In this document: positions 35,468 to 43,916 of the stretch, one piece after another
Layout of the letters: each line of letters begins with the position of its first letter
Numbering within the stretch: position 1 is the stretch's first letter
DNA from: an uncultured Bacilli bacterium
GTDB taxonomy: Bacteria; Bacillota_I; Bacilli_A; RF39; UBA660
DNA length: 64,000 nucleotides
Direction: 5' to 3'
NCBI GenBank assembly: GCA_944372055.1
Contig: CALVYF010000002.1
Span: 43,628-107,627, forward strand
The notes under the pieces: generated by a model
Told to the model about the DNA's origin: nothing
Databases searched by the model: none
The model's input: the letters and a program-made list of their open reading frames with translations, nothing else
Translations under genes and position numbers: made by a program

Positions 35468-36297
35468 TTCTTTCCTTTATATTTAAATAATGCAGAAGGT
35501 CTGTGTCCTTCTCCTGTTTTCATTTTGTTTGTTTTTTCTACTTTGCTGGCAATGATTCTTCTAAATGCAGGATCTAATAATTTTTTATTTAGTATTACTT
35601 CATATACTTGTTGTAATTCACCTAGAGTAAAGTATTCTGGCATCATGTTAAAGACAATGTCTGTATAGTTAAGTTTATTCTTTAATCTTTCAAGACCGGC
35701 TAAGATAACAAGAGCATGGTCAAATGCTAATGCATCATTTTTTACTTCAATAAATTTATAGCGATCTGTTGTTTTTTCACGAAGTTCTTTCTTGATAGCT
35801 AGATGGATGGTATCTTTTCCATTATCTAGTGTAATATCTACAATATTATTTTTCTCTTCTAAAAGTACTACATCAAACCATGAGGTATTAGGATTAATCA
35901 TTTCTGTTAATCTATTTTTATCAACTAATGCTATATATGAAGTGGATACGACTCTTGTTCTTGGGTCTCTATCAAGTGCATCATAAGTATATAGTTGTTC
36001 TAAATAGATGTTTGATAAGTTTGTTTCATTCTTTAAAACTCTTTTTGCACATTCTTCTAGTGTCTCTGTTTTAGGATTTAAAAATCCTCCTGGTAAACAC
36101 CATTTTCCTTTGTAAGGAAAATCATCTCTTTTTACAAGTAAAATACTCATCATTTTTTTACTAGTTTTACGATAGTTATTACTTTCTTCATCTGATACAC
36201 TAATTAATAATATATCTGCAGTCATGGATAATTGATCAAATTCGCTTGGATCATAATCTTTTAAAAATTCTTCTTCAGTTTTATATTCTTTTTCCAC
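35464..36297 (-). CDS. nrtR: Nudix-related transcriptional regulator of NAD metabolism (NrtR-like: Nudix domain + C-terminal winged helix)
   Basis: Nudix fold with a degenerate box (GGFLNPKTETLEECAKRVLKNETN). C-terminal FTLGELQQVYEVILNKKLLDPAFRRII is typical of the NrtR wHTH. GTG start with an AAGAGGTGA RBS. Sits in an NAD gene cluster. Confidence 0.7.
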   Translation of the reverse strand: MEKEYKTEEEFLKDYDPSEFDQLSMTADILLISVSDEESNNYRKTSKKMMSILLVKRDDFPYKGKWCLPGGFLNPKTETLEECAKRVLKNETNLSNIYLEQLYTYDALDRDPRTRVVSTSYIALVDKNRLTEMINPNTSWFDVVLLEEKNNIVDITLDNGKDTIHLAIKKELREKTTDRYKFIEVKNDALAFDHALVILAGLERLKNKLNYTDIVFNMMPEYFTLGELQQVYEVILNKKLLDPAFRRIIASKVEKTNKMKTGEGHRPSALFKYKGKK

Positions 36298-36350
36298 GTT
36301 ATCACCTCTTATTTATAGATTGATTATAACATATTTTAGAAAAAATGTCG

Positions 36351-36824
36351 CTATTTTAATATTTTTAGCAACATTTCAATAATTCTTTCTATTACATGGT
36401 CTTTATTTAGTTTTCTACTTTCTTTATGTACTTCTATAGTCTCTCTATAATATTTATCATTTGTACTATCATAGATACTAATATATACAACATTATCTTT
36501 GCCAACGGGGTTAGCAGGATCTTGCCTGTTTAATTGGCCTGTGATTCCTACACCATAGTTACTGTTTGCAAATTTAGTAATATTTTTACTCATTTCATCA
36601 GCAGTTTCCATACTATATACGGTATATTTATCAATCACTTCACTTGATACACCCATTTTAATTTTATATTCATTAGAGTAAGTAACGGCACTGAATTTTA
36701 ATATTTCACTAGCTCCTTCACAGTTTGTAATAGCATTGGCAACTCCTCCACCAGTACATGACTCCATAGTAGCTATTGTTTCTCTTCTTTCTTGTAAAAT
36801 ATGTATTATCTCTTTAAAATCCAT
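36351..36824 (-). CDS. pncC: Nicotinamide-nucleotide amidohydrolase (CinA C-terminal domain, PncC)
   Basis: TMESCTGGGVA motif. 157-aa stand-alone CinA-C domain. Confidence 0.75.
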   Translation of the reverse strand: MDFKEIIHILQERRETIATMESCTGGGVANAITNCEGASEILKFSAVTYSNEYKIKMGVSSEVIDKYTVYSMETADEMSKNITKFANSNYGVGITGQLNRQDPANPVGKDNVVYISIYDSTNDKYYRETIEVHKESRKLNKDHVIERIIEMLLKILK

Positions 36825-37695
36825 TTTTATTCTCCTTACCTTTCGTTTTTATTTTGTGCGTTTTCTGATTAAAATATTTATTTTTCAATAAATTATATTT
36901 ATCTTCGTCTAACTCTTTTTTTATTTCTTCTTTTATTGTTTCTGGTACTCCATAATAACTTTCTGCTAGAGCACCTGCAATACTTGCGATAGTGTCCGTA
37001 TCGCCACCAATTGATATTGCTGTTCTTATAGTGCTTTCAAAGTCTTTTGATTGAAAAAAACAAAATAGTGCTTGTGGTACTGTGTCTTTGGCTTTAGATT
37101 TAAAAGTATTAGTGTGTCTTAATTCTTCTAAGTTGTAGTTCATAGGGTAATAATTTTTCTTTACATATTCTTTTACTTCTTCTTTTGGCATGCCAATTCT
37201 TAACAAATAGATTGTAATTGCAACTGCTTCCGCGCTTTTTATTGCATCTATATGATTGTGTGATGGTATGGTTGCTAGATACGATTGTTCTTTTATTTGT
37301 TCAAATGAATTAAAAATAAATCCAATAGGACTAATTCTCATAGCTGCCCCATTACCATAACTTGTTCCTTCATAGTTTCCTGTTATCCATTTTATAGAAC
37401 CTGGACTAAATCTTCCTCTTCCATATTTATCAAGGCCTTTTGCCAATTCTTTCTTTCCATATTCTTTTAAATAACTTTCATAGTCACAATCACCATTTAT
37501 AATAGCATCATAAATGGCACATGTCCAAACTGTATCATCTGTAAAGATGGAGTTCTCTGCAAATAATGGTGTTTTAGGATCCATGATTTTTATTCTTTCT
37601 TCGTATGGTCTAGGTTTTTTATATTCTTTCCAATAATTGATTTCTTCCATTTCATAATTAGAACCGGCTTTATCTCCTATGATTGCACCTAACAT
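36814..37695 (-). CDS. ADP-ribosylglycohydrolase family protein
   Basis: MLGAIIGDKAGSNYE N-terminus and SIGGDTDTIASIAGALAE metal-binding motif. Confidence 0.8.
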   Translation of the reverse strand: MLGAIIGDKAGSNYEMEEINYWKEYKKPRPYEERIKIMDPKTPLFAENSIFTDDTVWTCAIYDAIINGDCDYESYLKEYGKKELAKGLDKYGRGRFSPGSIKWITGNYEGTSYGNGAAMRISPIGFIFNSFEQIKEQSYLATIPSHNHIDAIKSAEAVAITIYLLRIGMPKEEVKEYVKKNYYPMNYNLEELRHTNTFKSKAKDTVPQALFCFFQSKDFESTIRTAISIGGDTDTIASIAGALAESYYGVPETIKEEIKKELDEDKYNLLKNKYFNQKTHKIKTKGKENKNGF

Positions 37696-37728
37696 GTTAC
37701 CACCTCTTTTTTACTTTATCATAGTTTC

Positions 37729-38634
37729 TTATTTCCACAAAACTTTTTTACCAAATCCGGCAGTTAATTTATTATCAGAGGTATAAACTAATTGAGTTGT
37801 ATAAGGACAATCACAGTCTTTTACCATTCTGGCATAATACTCTACTAATTTATTATGCTCAGTTAAATAGATTCCGTCTATGCATTCACAGTATTCTTTA
37901 CTATAAAAGTGGTGCCCTGGAAAGAAGTTTTCATCTAAGTTTTCAAAAATAGAATTAAAATTAATAAATTCTCTTTCAGCGTAAGGGTTACATTTCATTA
38001 ATGATACGAATCCAGTTTTATATACTCCTAAGTCTCCCACATATGTTAGCATCTTCTTTATTTCATCTAAAGAATTAATTCCACTTTGCATAATTATTGT
38101 ATTAATGTTAATGATTTTTTTGTCTTTTAGATGGTGTTCTAAATCTATTATATCTTCTGTTGTAGCAATCTTTTTAGAATGAAAAATACTTTCGTTTTTT
38201 CTATCATCATAGTGATGTCTAGAGATATGAATGCTTTCTAATTTATTTACTTTATCATAGTTTTTAAATTCTCTACAGTTATATCCGTTTGTTGATATCG
38301 CCACTTCCATATCTTCATCTATTTTATAAATTAAATCTAATACTTGAAATAGTTTCGTAGGATTTGTCATAGGTTCCCCACCGGTAATACTAATACCATG
38401 AAGCATATCTTTTTCTTTTAGATAACTGATGACAAAAGCTAGTTTTTCTAGATCTATCGTTCCAAAATCCTTACTTTGGCGATTAGCACAAAACTGGCAG
38501 TTTGCAAAACATTGATCTGTTAGTTTTATATATAGTCTTAAAGATGGTTTTGTTTTTCTTAGCTTGGTTGGACTATCTGAACAATAATAATCTTTTACTG
38601 GTAATTCTTCATCAAAGATTTTTATTCTTTCCAT
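37729..38634 (-). CDS. Radical SAM enzyme of unknown specificity
   Basis: CFANCQFCAN (CxxxCxxC), GGEP, ISTNGY, and C-terminal Cys pairs CECIDG and CDCPY. ATG at 38634 lies 2 nt after the stop of the preceding ORF (the track start at 38643 is TTG). Confidence 0.75.
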   Translation of the reverse strand: MERIKIFDEELPVKDYYCSDSPTKLRKTKPSLRLYIKLTDQCFANCQFCANRQSKDFGTIDLEKLAFVISYLKEKDMLHGISITGGEPMTNPTKLFQVLDLIYKIDEDMEVAISTNGYNCREFKNYDKVNKLESIHISRHHYDDRKNESIFHSKKIATTEDIIDLEHHLKDKKIININTIIMQSGINSLDEIKKMLTYVGDLGVYKTGFVSLMKCNPYAEREFINFNSIFENLDENFFPGHHFYSKEYCECIDGIYLTEHNKLVEYYARMVKDCDCPYTTQLVYTSDNKLTAGFGKKVLWK

Positions 38635-38636
38635 AT

Positions 38637-39023
38637 TTAACAACCACCTCTATACGTACTCCTTTGTCCACTACAGCCAGTAGACCAATAAGATGGTTCA
38701 TATGATGATCTGCAAGGATCACTGTGGTATTGATGATAGTGAATGGTTTCTTGTTCTCTTTTTACCTTTTTCTTAGGTTTATCTGATGCAGTATTTTCTA
38801 ATAAAGCACTGATATCACAACTTCCTAGTTTTTCTTTTATGGTTAATAGTTCATCCGTGCAGTTAATTACTTGGTCTAGGTCACTTAATGTATTATCATC
38901 TGCCATTTTTGTTAAATCTAAATAACTTCTAAATTGTAATAAATTTCTTTTTGTTTCTTCTTTCTGGGTACTTTGATTTATGATTTTTCCTACAAAATCA
39001 ATTAAATCTTGTCTTTCAAACAT
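38637..39023 (-). CDS. 128-aa protein with a His/Tyr/Ser/Cys-rich C-terminal tail; candidate radical-SAM substrate or partner
   Basis: The C-terminus is HYHQYHSDPCRSSYEPSYWSTGCSGQRSTYRGGC. The ATG lies 2 nt after the nadR stop, with AAAGGAGAA as RBS. The RBS of the radical SAM gene is encoded within its last codons. Confidence 0.55.
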   Translation of the reverse strand: MFERQDLIDFVGKIINQSTQKEETKRNLLQFRSYLDLTKMADDNTLSDLDQVINCTDELLTIKEKLGSCDISALLENTASDKPKKKVKREQETIHYHQYHSDPCRSSYEPSYWSTGCSGQRSTYRGGC

Positions 39024-39025
39024 AA

Positions 39026-40033
39026 TTATTCTCCTTTTAATAATTTATTTACATATTCTTTTGCTTTTTCATAACGTTCTTCGTAATTTCCTGTAATTGT
39101 TTCGTATTTAATGTGATTTTCTTTTAATATTTGTTTTAATATCTTATTATTTTCTTTTCTTACTTCGTCTTTTCCATAAGTTCTTGTGCCATCTTGTACC
39201 CAGGCGACATCTGGTTCTAGAAATAGATATAAATCATAATTATTTAAATTAGAAATACTCGTGGCAATAGTTTCAAAATCTTTTTCACTTTGTTCTTTAA
39301 AACCTAGTTTGTAATAATATAGTGTAATTAATGAATCGGTGTCGATAAATAGAACTTTATTGGCATGTTCTAAAGCAATCTTTTCATCTTGTTTATGCTG
39401 AAAAAGTATTTCAAAGTAGTGATACTTTTGCATATTATCAATTCCACCTGCTTCATCACAGATATATCTTCCTGCTTCTTCTACATGCGTAGTGTTATAT
39501 GCTTTGGCTAGATTTCTAACTAGTGTTGTTTTACCACAACTTTCTGTACCAATGATGCATACTTTTTTTGTATAATATTTCCTTACACATGCTGGAAGAT
39601 AATCAAAATATTTATATGGATTTTGTCTAATTTCTGTTGAAGATATATTAATTTCTTTTCTATCAAAATAGATAACTTTACTTTCTTTATAAAGATTTTC
39701 CCATAGGTTTTCTCCTTTATAATCACTTCCTGCAAATACTACGTCTATTTTTCTTCCTATATAGTTTTTTACATCTTGTACTCCTTGTTCCCAGTCATAT
39801 GTTTCTTTATTTAAGTTCTTTGAATAGATTGGGAATACTTCTACATTTTCCATATCTTGAGTAACATTTTTTAGCCACGTGATTCTGGTTTTTTCGTCTA
39901 TTTCTTTTGGATCATCACTGATACTTATTGGAATATATAATTTTTTGCATTGATTCTTTGCCATGATAATATCGTTTACATGTCCTAGGTGTAGAGGGTT
40001 AAATGTTCCTCCATACATTCCTATTTCATACAT
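39026..40033 (-). CDS. nadR: Bifunctional NMN adenylyltransferase / ribosylnicotinamide kinase (NadR type, no HTH domain)
   Basis: GMYGGTFNPLHLGHVN (HxGH nucleotidyltransferase) and the IIGTESCGKTTL P-loop of the RNK domain. Confidence 0.8.
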   Translation of the reverse strand: MYEIGMYGGTFNPLHLGHVNDIIMAKNQCKKLYIPISISDDPKEIDEKTRITWLKNVTQDMENVEVFPIYSKNLNKETYDWEQGVQDVKNYIGRKIDVVFAGSDYKGENLWENLYKESKVIYFDRKEINISSTEIRQNPYKYFDYLPACVRKYYTKKVCIIGTESCGKTTLVRNLAKAYNTTHVEEAGRYICDEAGGIDNMQKYHYFEILFQHKQDEKIALEHANKVLFIDTDSLITLYYYKLGFKEQSEKDFETIATSISNLNNYDLYLFLEPDVAWVQDGTRTYGKDEVRKENNKILKQILKENHIKYETITGNYEERYEKAKEYVNKLLKGE

Positions 40034-40737
40034 TTTACATCCTCCTTTGCAATCTTTGACCAGTTATAATAACCATAGAAAGCATTTACTAAATATACTG
40101 CCCACATGGTTACCATAATGTAGTCTTTTACGTGCCACCACATAATTACTGTAATAATATCTATTACTATCCATAGTAGCCATTGTTCTCTATATCTTAA
40201 TACCATCAATAGATTAGCAACAACTGAGATTACTGTAGAGGCGCTGTCTAGTAAAGGATTTGTACCGCCTAAGTGATCTAATAAATATTGGTATAGAAAA
40301 ATACCTATTCCTGTAATTATTAATAAGATAATAGAATGTTTTATATTTAGTTTTTTTCCTTGTACTTCACCATCTTCTTTCTTGGTATTTTTACTCCATA
40401 AATAGTAACCAATGAATTGTAATGGTAGATAATAGATAGCATTTAACATCACTTCTCCATAGTATTTATGGATCCAAGCTACAACGATATATCCTAATAT
40501 GTTGAAGAATCCCCAGAAGTATTGACTACGTTTTCCTTTGGCACATAGTACTACACAAAATATTCCAGATATCGCAGCAATCGCATCAATTACTATATAA
40601 ATTAAACTATCTTCTTTATTTATGATGGCAAAATAGGTAGTGAAGAGTGTGACTGCTAGAATCATACTCCATTCAAAGACTGAAAACTTTTTAATAGCTT
40701 TTAATAACATGATAGACACTTCCTTTCTTTTCTTCAT
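40021..40737 (-). CDS. pnuC: Nicotinamide riboside transporter PnuC
   Basis: 7-TM protein with WxxxW-rich helices (QWLLWIVIDIITVIMWW) typical of PnuC. Adjacent to nadR. Confidence 0.75.
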   Translation of the reverse strand: MKKRKEVSIMLLKAIKKFSVFEWSMILAVTLFTTYFAIINKEDSLIYIVIDAIAAISGIFCVVLCAKGKRSQYFWGFFNILGYIVVAWIHKYYGEVMLNAIYYLPLQFIGYYLWSKNTKKEDGEVQGKKLNIKHSIILLIITGIGIFLYQYLLDHLGGTNPLLDSASTVISVVANLLMVLRYREQWLLWIVIDIITVIMWWHVKDYIMVTMWAVYLVNAFYGYYNWSKIAKEDVKCMK

Positions 40738-41317
40738 ATAAATGGTTTTCTTTGATATAGTTATAAATTTTTCTATCTATATATACTCTTGCTTTTAGGC
40801 TATTGTTTTGTTTTAAATATGTTCTGATTTTTGTAGATGAAATTGTTTTTTCTTTTACTTTTGTTACAATGATGTTTTGTCTATATTGCCTATATTTTTT
40901 TAATAGTGACTCAACTTCATCTGTTTTTCTTTTGATAACTAATATTTTGTAGTTTTTTAAAATCTCTTGTCCGTTTTTCCATTTGTCGATGTAACTTAAG
41001 TTATCTGTTCCGCAAATGAAATAAATTTCATCGTCTTTATATTTTTTCTTAAAATGTTTTAGAGTTTCGTAAGTATAGATTGGTTTTTGTTGCAATTCAT
41101 ATTTACTAATTGCCATGTTTTTTTCTTTTTCTATCATTAGTGATAGCATATCTACTCTTTTTTCGTTTGATATTAGATTTGTTTTATATTCATATTTCAT
41201 ACCTGTTGGTACAAAGATTACTTTATCTACATATCCTTTTTTTATTAACACTTTGGCTATTTTTTTATGCATTTTATGAGGTGGATTAAAACTTCCTCCA
41301 AATATTCCTATTTTCAT
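40691..41317 (-). CDS. nadD: Nicotinate-nucleotide adenylyltransferase
   Basis: MKIGIFGGSFNPPHKMH (HxGH-type) and ISSTKIR motifs. Confidence 0.85.
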   Translation of the reverse strand: MKIGIFGGSFNPPHKMHKKIAKVLIKKGYVDKVIFVPTGMKYEYKTNLISNEKRVDMLSLMIEKEKNMAISKYELQQKPIYTYETLKHFKKKYKDDEIYFICGTDNLSYIDKWKNGQEILKNYKILVIKRKTDEVESLLKKYRQYRQNIIVTKVKEKTISSTKIRTYLKQNNSLKARVYIDRKIYNYIKENHLYEEKKGSVYHVIKSY

Positions 41318-42387
41318 AAGTTTTTCTCCTTTCTTAAGGTTAATATTTTTTCTTTTCCATTGAATAATGGTTTTAATGATTCTTTTTCATGTAAGGCATT
41401 GATGATTTTTGCGATGCTTTCTGAACAGTTTACTGTATATAGCCAATCTTTTTCTTTATATTCTTCTGGTATATAAGATAAGTTTGTTGTATATAGCTTG
41501 TCGAAGTAATTATTTTGATAAGCTTTATCAAATTCTTCTATTCCTTCTGTAAATAGTGAGAAAGTTGCGATAAAGTATACTTTTCTTGCTCCTTCTTTTT
41601 TTAATCTTTCTCCTACTTCTAACATAGAAGTACCACTAGCTATCATGTCATCTACAATTAAAATATCTTTTCCTTCTACACTTGGTCCCATGTAAGTGTG
41701 TTCTATGATAGGATTTTTACCATTTACTACTTTTGTTAAATCACGTCTTTTATAGAAAACTCCTACATTAGTATCTAACATTTCGGCAAAGTATCTAGCA
41801 CGTTCTGTTGCTCCCATATCAGGGCTGATTACTAAAATATCTTCTAAATCTTCCTTGGTTAATAAATCTTCTAGGATTGTATTCGTTGGATAGAAGTTTT
41901 CAAATGGAAGATTTGGTATCGCGTTTGAAATTGTTGGGTCATGGGCGTCAAATGTAATGATATGATCTACTCCCAGATTTTGTAATTCTTGTAAAGCAAT
42001 CGCACAATCAGCTGACTCTCTACCTTTTCTTTTATGCTGTCTTGATTGATATAGTAGTGGCATAATTAATGTTATTTTTTCTTTATATCCAGAGATTGCT
42101 GATATTGTTCTTTTAATGTCTTGAAAGTGTTCATCTGGTGCCATATGGTGAGTAAATCCATGCATATTATAAGTAATTCCATAATTTCCTACATCTGCTA
42201 AAAGATAGATATCTTTTTCTCTTACGGAATCTTCTATTTTTACTTTTCCTTCTCCATTAGAAAATCTAGAAGATGTGATGTTTAACATATAATTTTTATT
42301 TGTGTTTCTTAATTTATTTAACTTAGCATTTACTTCTTTTCCTATTTCTTTGATATTATCTAAAGCAATGATTTTCATATTATTCAT
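41314..42387 (-). CDS. prs: Ribose-phosphate pyrophosphokinase (long Firmicute type)
   Basis: DAHD, ILIVDDMIASGTS (PRPP loop). The start is preferred at MNNMKII (42387) with RBS AAGAGGTGA. The track start at 42408 lies inside the operator. Confidence 0.75.
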   Translation of the reverse strand: MNNMKIIALDNIKEIGKEVNAKLNKLRNTNKNYMLNITSSRFSNGEGKVKIEDSVREKDIYLLADVGNYGITYNMHGFTHHMAPDEHFQDIKRTISAISGYKEKITLIMPLLYQSRQHKRKGRESADCAIALQELQNLGVDHIITFDAHDPTISNAIPNLPFENFYPTNTILEDLLTKEDLEDILVISPDMGATERARYFAEMLDTNVGVFYKRRDLTKVVNGKNPIIEHTYMGPSVEGKDILIVDDMIASGTSMLEVGERLKKEGARKVYFIATFSLFTEGIEEFDKAYQNNYFDKLYTTNLSYIPEEYKEKDWLYTVNCSESIAKIINALHEKESLKPLFNGKEKILTLRKEKNL

Positions 42388-42398
42388 AATTTCACCTC

Positions 42399-42418
42399 TT
42401 ATTAACATTTTATTAATA
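42399..42418 (-). promoter_or_regulatory. Candidate NAD-regulon (NrtR?) operator directly upstream of the prs RBS
   Basis: TTATTAACATTTTATTAATA, i.e. TTATTAA-N7-TTAATA, the same palindrome as at 42912, 48624 and 48680. Confidence 0.5.
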
Positions 42419-42438
42419 TCTTATTTTAAAAAAATATA

Positions 42439-42842
42439 CTATCTTCTAAATTCCTTTACTTGTCTTTTGGCTTCTATTTTTATTCCATTACAATAAGGTT
42501 TTTCTTCTTGATGCTCCATTTGTCCATAACCTGTCCATTCTGTATCTATGCCATTATCAATCCATAGTTTATTTACTTCATATCCTTGTTCTTCTAATAG
42601 GTTTTTAAAAATTCCTTCATACTCTTCAAACGGAATTACTCTTTTTACTGGTATTTCTGTATCTAACAATGTTGTAGTTCCAGAAAGTTCTATTGTTGTA
42701 ACTGCTGCGGCATGTTCAGTTGTATAGTAATCAACTTGTTCTTTTTTGTTTTCATTTTTACAATTCCTTTAATATCTTCTTTTGATCTATAATAGTCTGT
42801 CAAAATTCTTTCCACTTTATCTTTACTAATTGTCATTTCCAT
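42439..42842 (-). pseudogene. Small conserved hypothetical gene interrupted by a frameshift in an A5 run
   Basis: ATG 42842 gives MEMTISKDKVERILTDYYRSKEDIKGIVK.... The adjacent frame continues as NENKKEQVDYYTTEHAAAVTTIELSGTTTLLDTEIPVKRV..., joining the 76-aa track ORF. The shift lies at the homopolymer 42756-42760. Confidence 0.45.
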
Positions 42843-42911
42843 AGTATCTCTTCTTTCTTTTTATTATTTTGTTAATAACATATATTAAAAGTTTTACAGA
42901 TTTTTCATCTG

Positions 42912-42948
42912 TTATTAACATTATATTAATATCTGATTAATTTGTCAA
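42912..42948 (-). promoter_or_regulatory. Consensus sigma-A promoter with an overlapping operator, driving the prs-nadD-pnuC-nadR-...-nadK operon
   Basis: The minus strand reads TTGACA(42948-42943)-17 nt-TATAAT(42925-42920). The palindrome TATTAATATAATGTTAATAA spans the -10 box. Confidence 0.6.
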
Positions 42949-42998
42949 CTACTTTTTTATTTTTTTATAAAAAAGAATCTCAAGTTCGAGATTCCTAA

Positions 42999-43862
42999 TT
43001 ATTTTTTTGTTACTTTATCATAGTCTTCTTTTGATATACCTACTACAGGGGTAGCTATATTTTCTTCGTTTTTAACTACTATTGGTAGCCCGTTCTCAAA
43101 TGTATTTGCCCATTCTTCTCTTGGTATATTACATGGTATTTCTAATAGACCTGTTGCAAAGCCTAAAACCATCAATCTATCCATAGTACGATGTAAGTCC
43201 GTCCATTGGCTTCCATCTTTTTTTATGCATAAATTTGTAAAAGTCGTTCCTGTTTCTATTCCATAAAGTTCATTTATCATGTTATTAATTTCACTTTTAT
43301 GTTCATTTAATCTCTCTGTATTAAATACAACCGCAGTAGCAACTCCGATTGCAAAGGAAAAATCTTTAGTTGGCTTTCCGTCTTGTAGCTCTTCTTCCTT
43401 GAATAAACACTCGTTAAAGATTTGATTTACGTTTTTAGCAGTTAAATATCCTTTGCTTTTAGTTAGTTCTTGCAATTGTCTTAATAGCTCTCCTTCAGAT
43501 AAAGGAATGTCTGGACTTCTATGGTTGTAGGTTCCTACTACTTCCTTTATAAAGGCTTTAACCATTCCTTCGTATTCATCTGGATATTTACTTTTTATTT
43601 CTTTACTTTTTTGATGAAACTGTTCTAGTATTTCTTCTGTTCTATTTTTTCTTATTGTTTTTAATAAAAATGATGGGTCTTCTCTATTTATATAACTTAT
43701 TATAGCCATTTCAAATATTTTAGTATTATTCTTTTCTATTAATTTTTGAAATTTTTCTAATTCTTCCAAGGTATATATCGATTTTCCGTAATAATGAAAC
43801 CAATGGTTTAATAGTTGAAATTTTTCCTCTTGTGTATATTCGTTCCATTCTTTTATTTCCAT
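42999..43862 (-). CDS. Hypothetical 287-aa protein
   Basis: ORF track entry with a GAAGGAATACT-ATG RBS. No motif recognised. Confidence 0.4.
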   Translation of the reverse strand: MEIKEWNEYTQEEKFQLLNHWFHYYGKSIYTLEELEKFQKLIEKNNTKIFEMAIISYINREDPSFLLKTIRKNRTEEILEQFHQKSKEIKSKYPDEYEGMVKAFIKEVVGTYNHRSPDIPLSEGELLRQLQELTKSKGYLTAKNVNQIFNECLFKEEELQDGKPTKDFSFAIGVATAVVFNTERLNEHKSEINNMINELYGIETGTTFTNLCIKKDGSQWTDLHRTMDRLMVLGFATGLLEIPCNIPREEWANTFENGLPIVVKNEENIATPVVGISKEDYDKVTKK

Positions 43863-43891
43863 AGTATTCCTTCTTTCTTTTTTTATTATAC

Positions 43892-43916
43892 AGAAAAAGC
43901 TTGAATTTTCAAGCTT
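43892..43916 (-). terminator. Rho-independent terminator overlapping the nadE stop codon
   Basis: AAGCTTGAA/TTCAAGCTT perfect palindrome followed by TTTTT on the minus strand. Confidence 0.6.

Noticed and set aside
41314-42387. The Prs-like gene as part of a phage-type NAD reconstitution pathway (the ADP-ribose pyrophosphokinase of NARP1), or the cluster as an NAD-depleting defence system.
   Set aside because: The protein has the ordinary PRPP synthetase motifs. It sits with nadD/nadR/pnuC under an NrtR-type operator, a known chromosomal regulon composition. No SIR2, TIR or other NADase effector is present.
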